From assembly GCA_035281645.1 (NCBI GenBank), contig DATEDN010000079.1, forward strand, positions 9,407 through 73,406: 64,000 nucleotides of DNA, read 5' to 3'. The notes beneath the pieces were generated by a model, which worked only from the letters and a program-made list of their open reading frames with translations, had not been told where the DNA came from and did no database searches. This document shows positions 63,745 through 64,000 of the stretch, in pieces (positions within the stretch are counted from its first letter, which is position 1; each line of letters opens with the position of its first letter). Source of the DNA: Acidimicrobiia bacterium (lineage in GTDB: Bacteria; Actinomycetota; Acidimicrobiia; Spongiisociales; ZC4RG35). Both the position numbers and the translations under genes were made by a program.

Positions 63745-64000
63745 TCAGCGCTTTGTGTACTGAACCGCCCGCCGGGCCTTGCGCAAACCGTACTTCTTCC
63801 GCTCCACGGCGCGGGCATCGCGGGTCAGAAGTCCTGCCTTTTTCAGCGAGGCCCGCATCTCCCCGTCGTATTCCACCAGCGCTCGGGCGATGCCGAGGCG
63901 AAGGGCATCAGCCTGGCCATTGATGCCCCCGCCTTCGAGGGTGGCGTCGACGTCGAAGCGGCCCTGGGTGGAGGTGAGCTGGAGCGGCTCCATCACTCGC
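63745..64000 (-). CDS. rpsI: 30S ribosomal protein S9 (N-terminus outside the window)
   Basis: The C-terminal sequence [19 protein letters not shown]...[27 protein letters not shown] is diagnostic of uS9. The ORF remains open to the window edge. Confidence 0.9.
   Translation of the reverse strand, partial: RVMEPLQLTSTQGRFDVDATLEGGGINGQADALRLGIARALVEYDGEMRASLKKAGLLTRDARAVERKKYGLRKARRAVQYTKR

Overview
This is a densely coding, high-GC window. Gene content and CIRCE-regulated groES-groEL suggest Actinomycetota, possibly Acidimicrobiia-like, but that taxonomy is inference only. I recognised no rRNA, tRNA, CRISPR array, integrase or transposase, and no obvious HTH regulator. About 60 CDSs can be supported. 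Many are translationally coupled through ATGA, GTGA or TGATG start/stop overlaps.

The left 39 kb is dominated by quaternary-amine and N-methyl (C1) catabolism:
- proVWX betaine uptake
- a betaine-homocysteine methyltransferase-like gene
- a 10-gene operon ending in heterotetrameric sarcosine oxidase, in the order soxA-G-B-D
- a family-5 ABC importer
- two paralogous pairs of a non-pyrrolysine MttB-family methyltransferase with a dimethylglycine-oxidase-like flavoenzyme, flanking an amidohydrolase

The middle of the window holds hutF plus an M20 hydrolase. It also holds an uncharacterised cluster of three paralogous ATP-grasp ligases around a GlgA-type glycosyltransferase, an esterase, a GNAT and a LURP-one-like protein.

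The right end is housekeeping: groES-groEL with tandem CIRCE operators, tsaD-rimI-tsaB-tsaE, UDG, acyl-ACP desaturase, and dmpA-alr-nnr-acpS-glmS, with a clear glmS ribozyme between glmM and glmS, then rpsI.

The most interesting candidates are:
1. the duplicated MttB/DMG-oxidase modules, which have no corrinoid partner in the window
2. the ATP-grasp x3/GlgA cluster
3. a conserved inverted-repeat element present twice
4. the mid-operon glmS ribozyme

All functional calls come from by-eye motif recognition. No database search was run.
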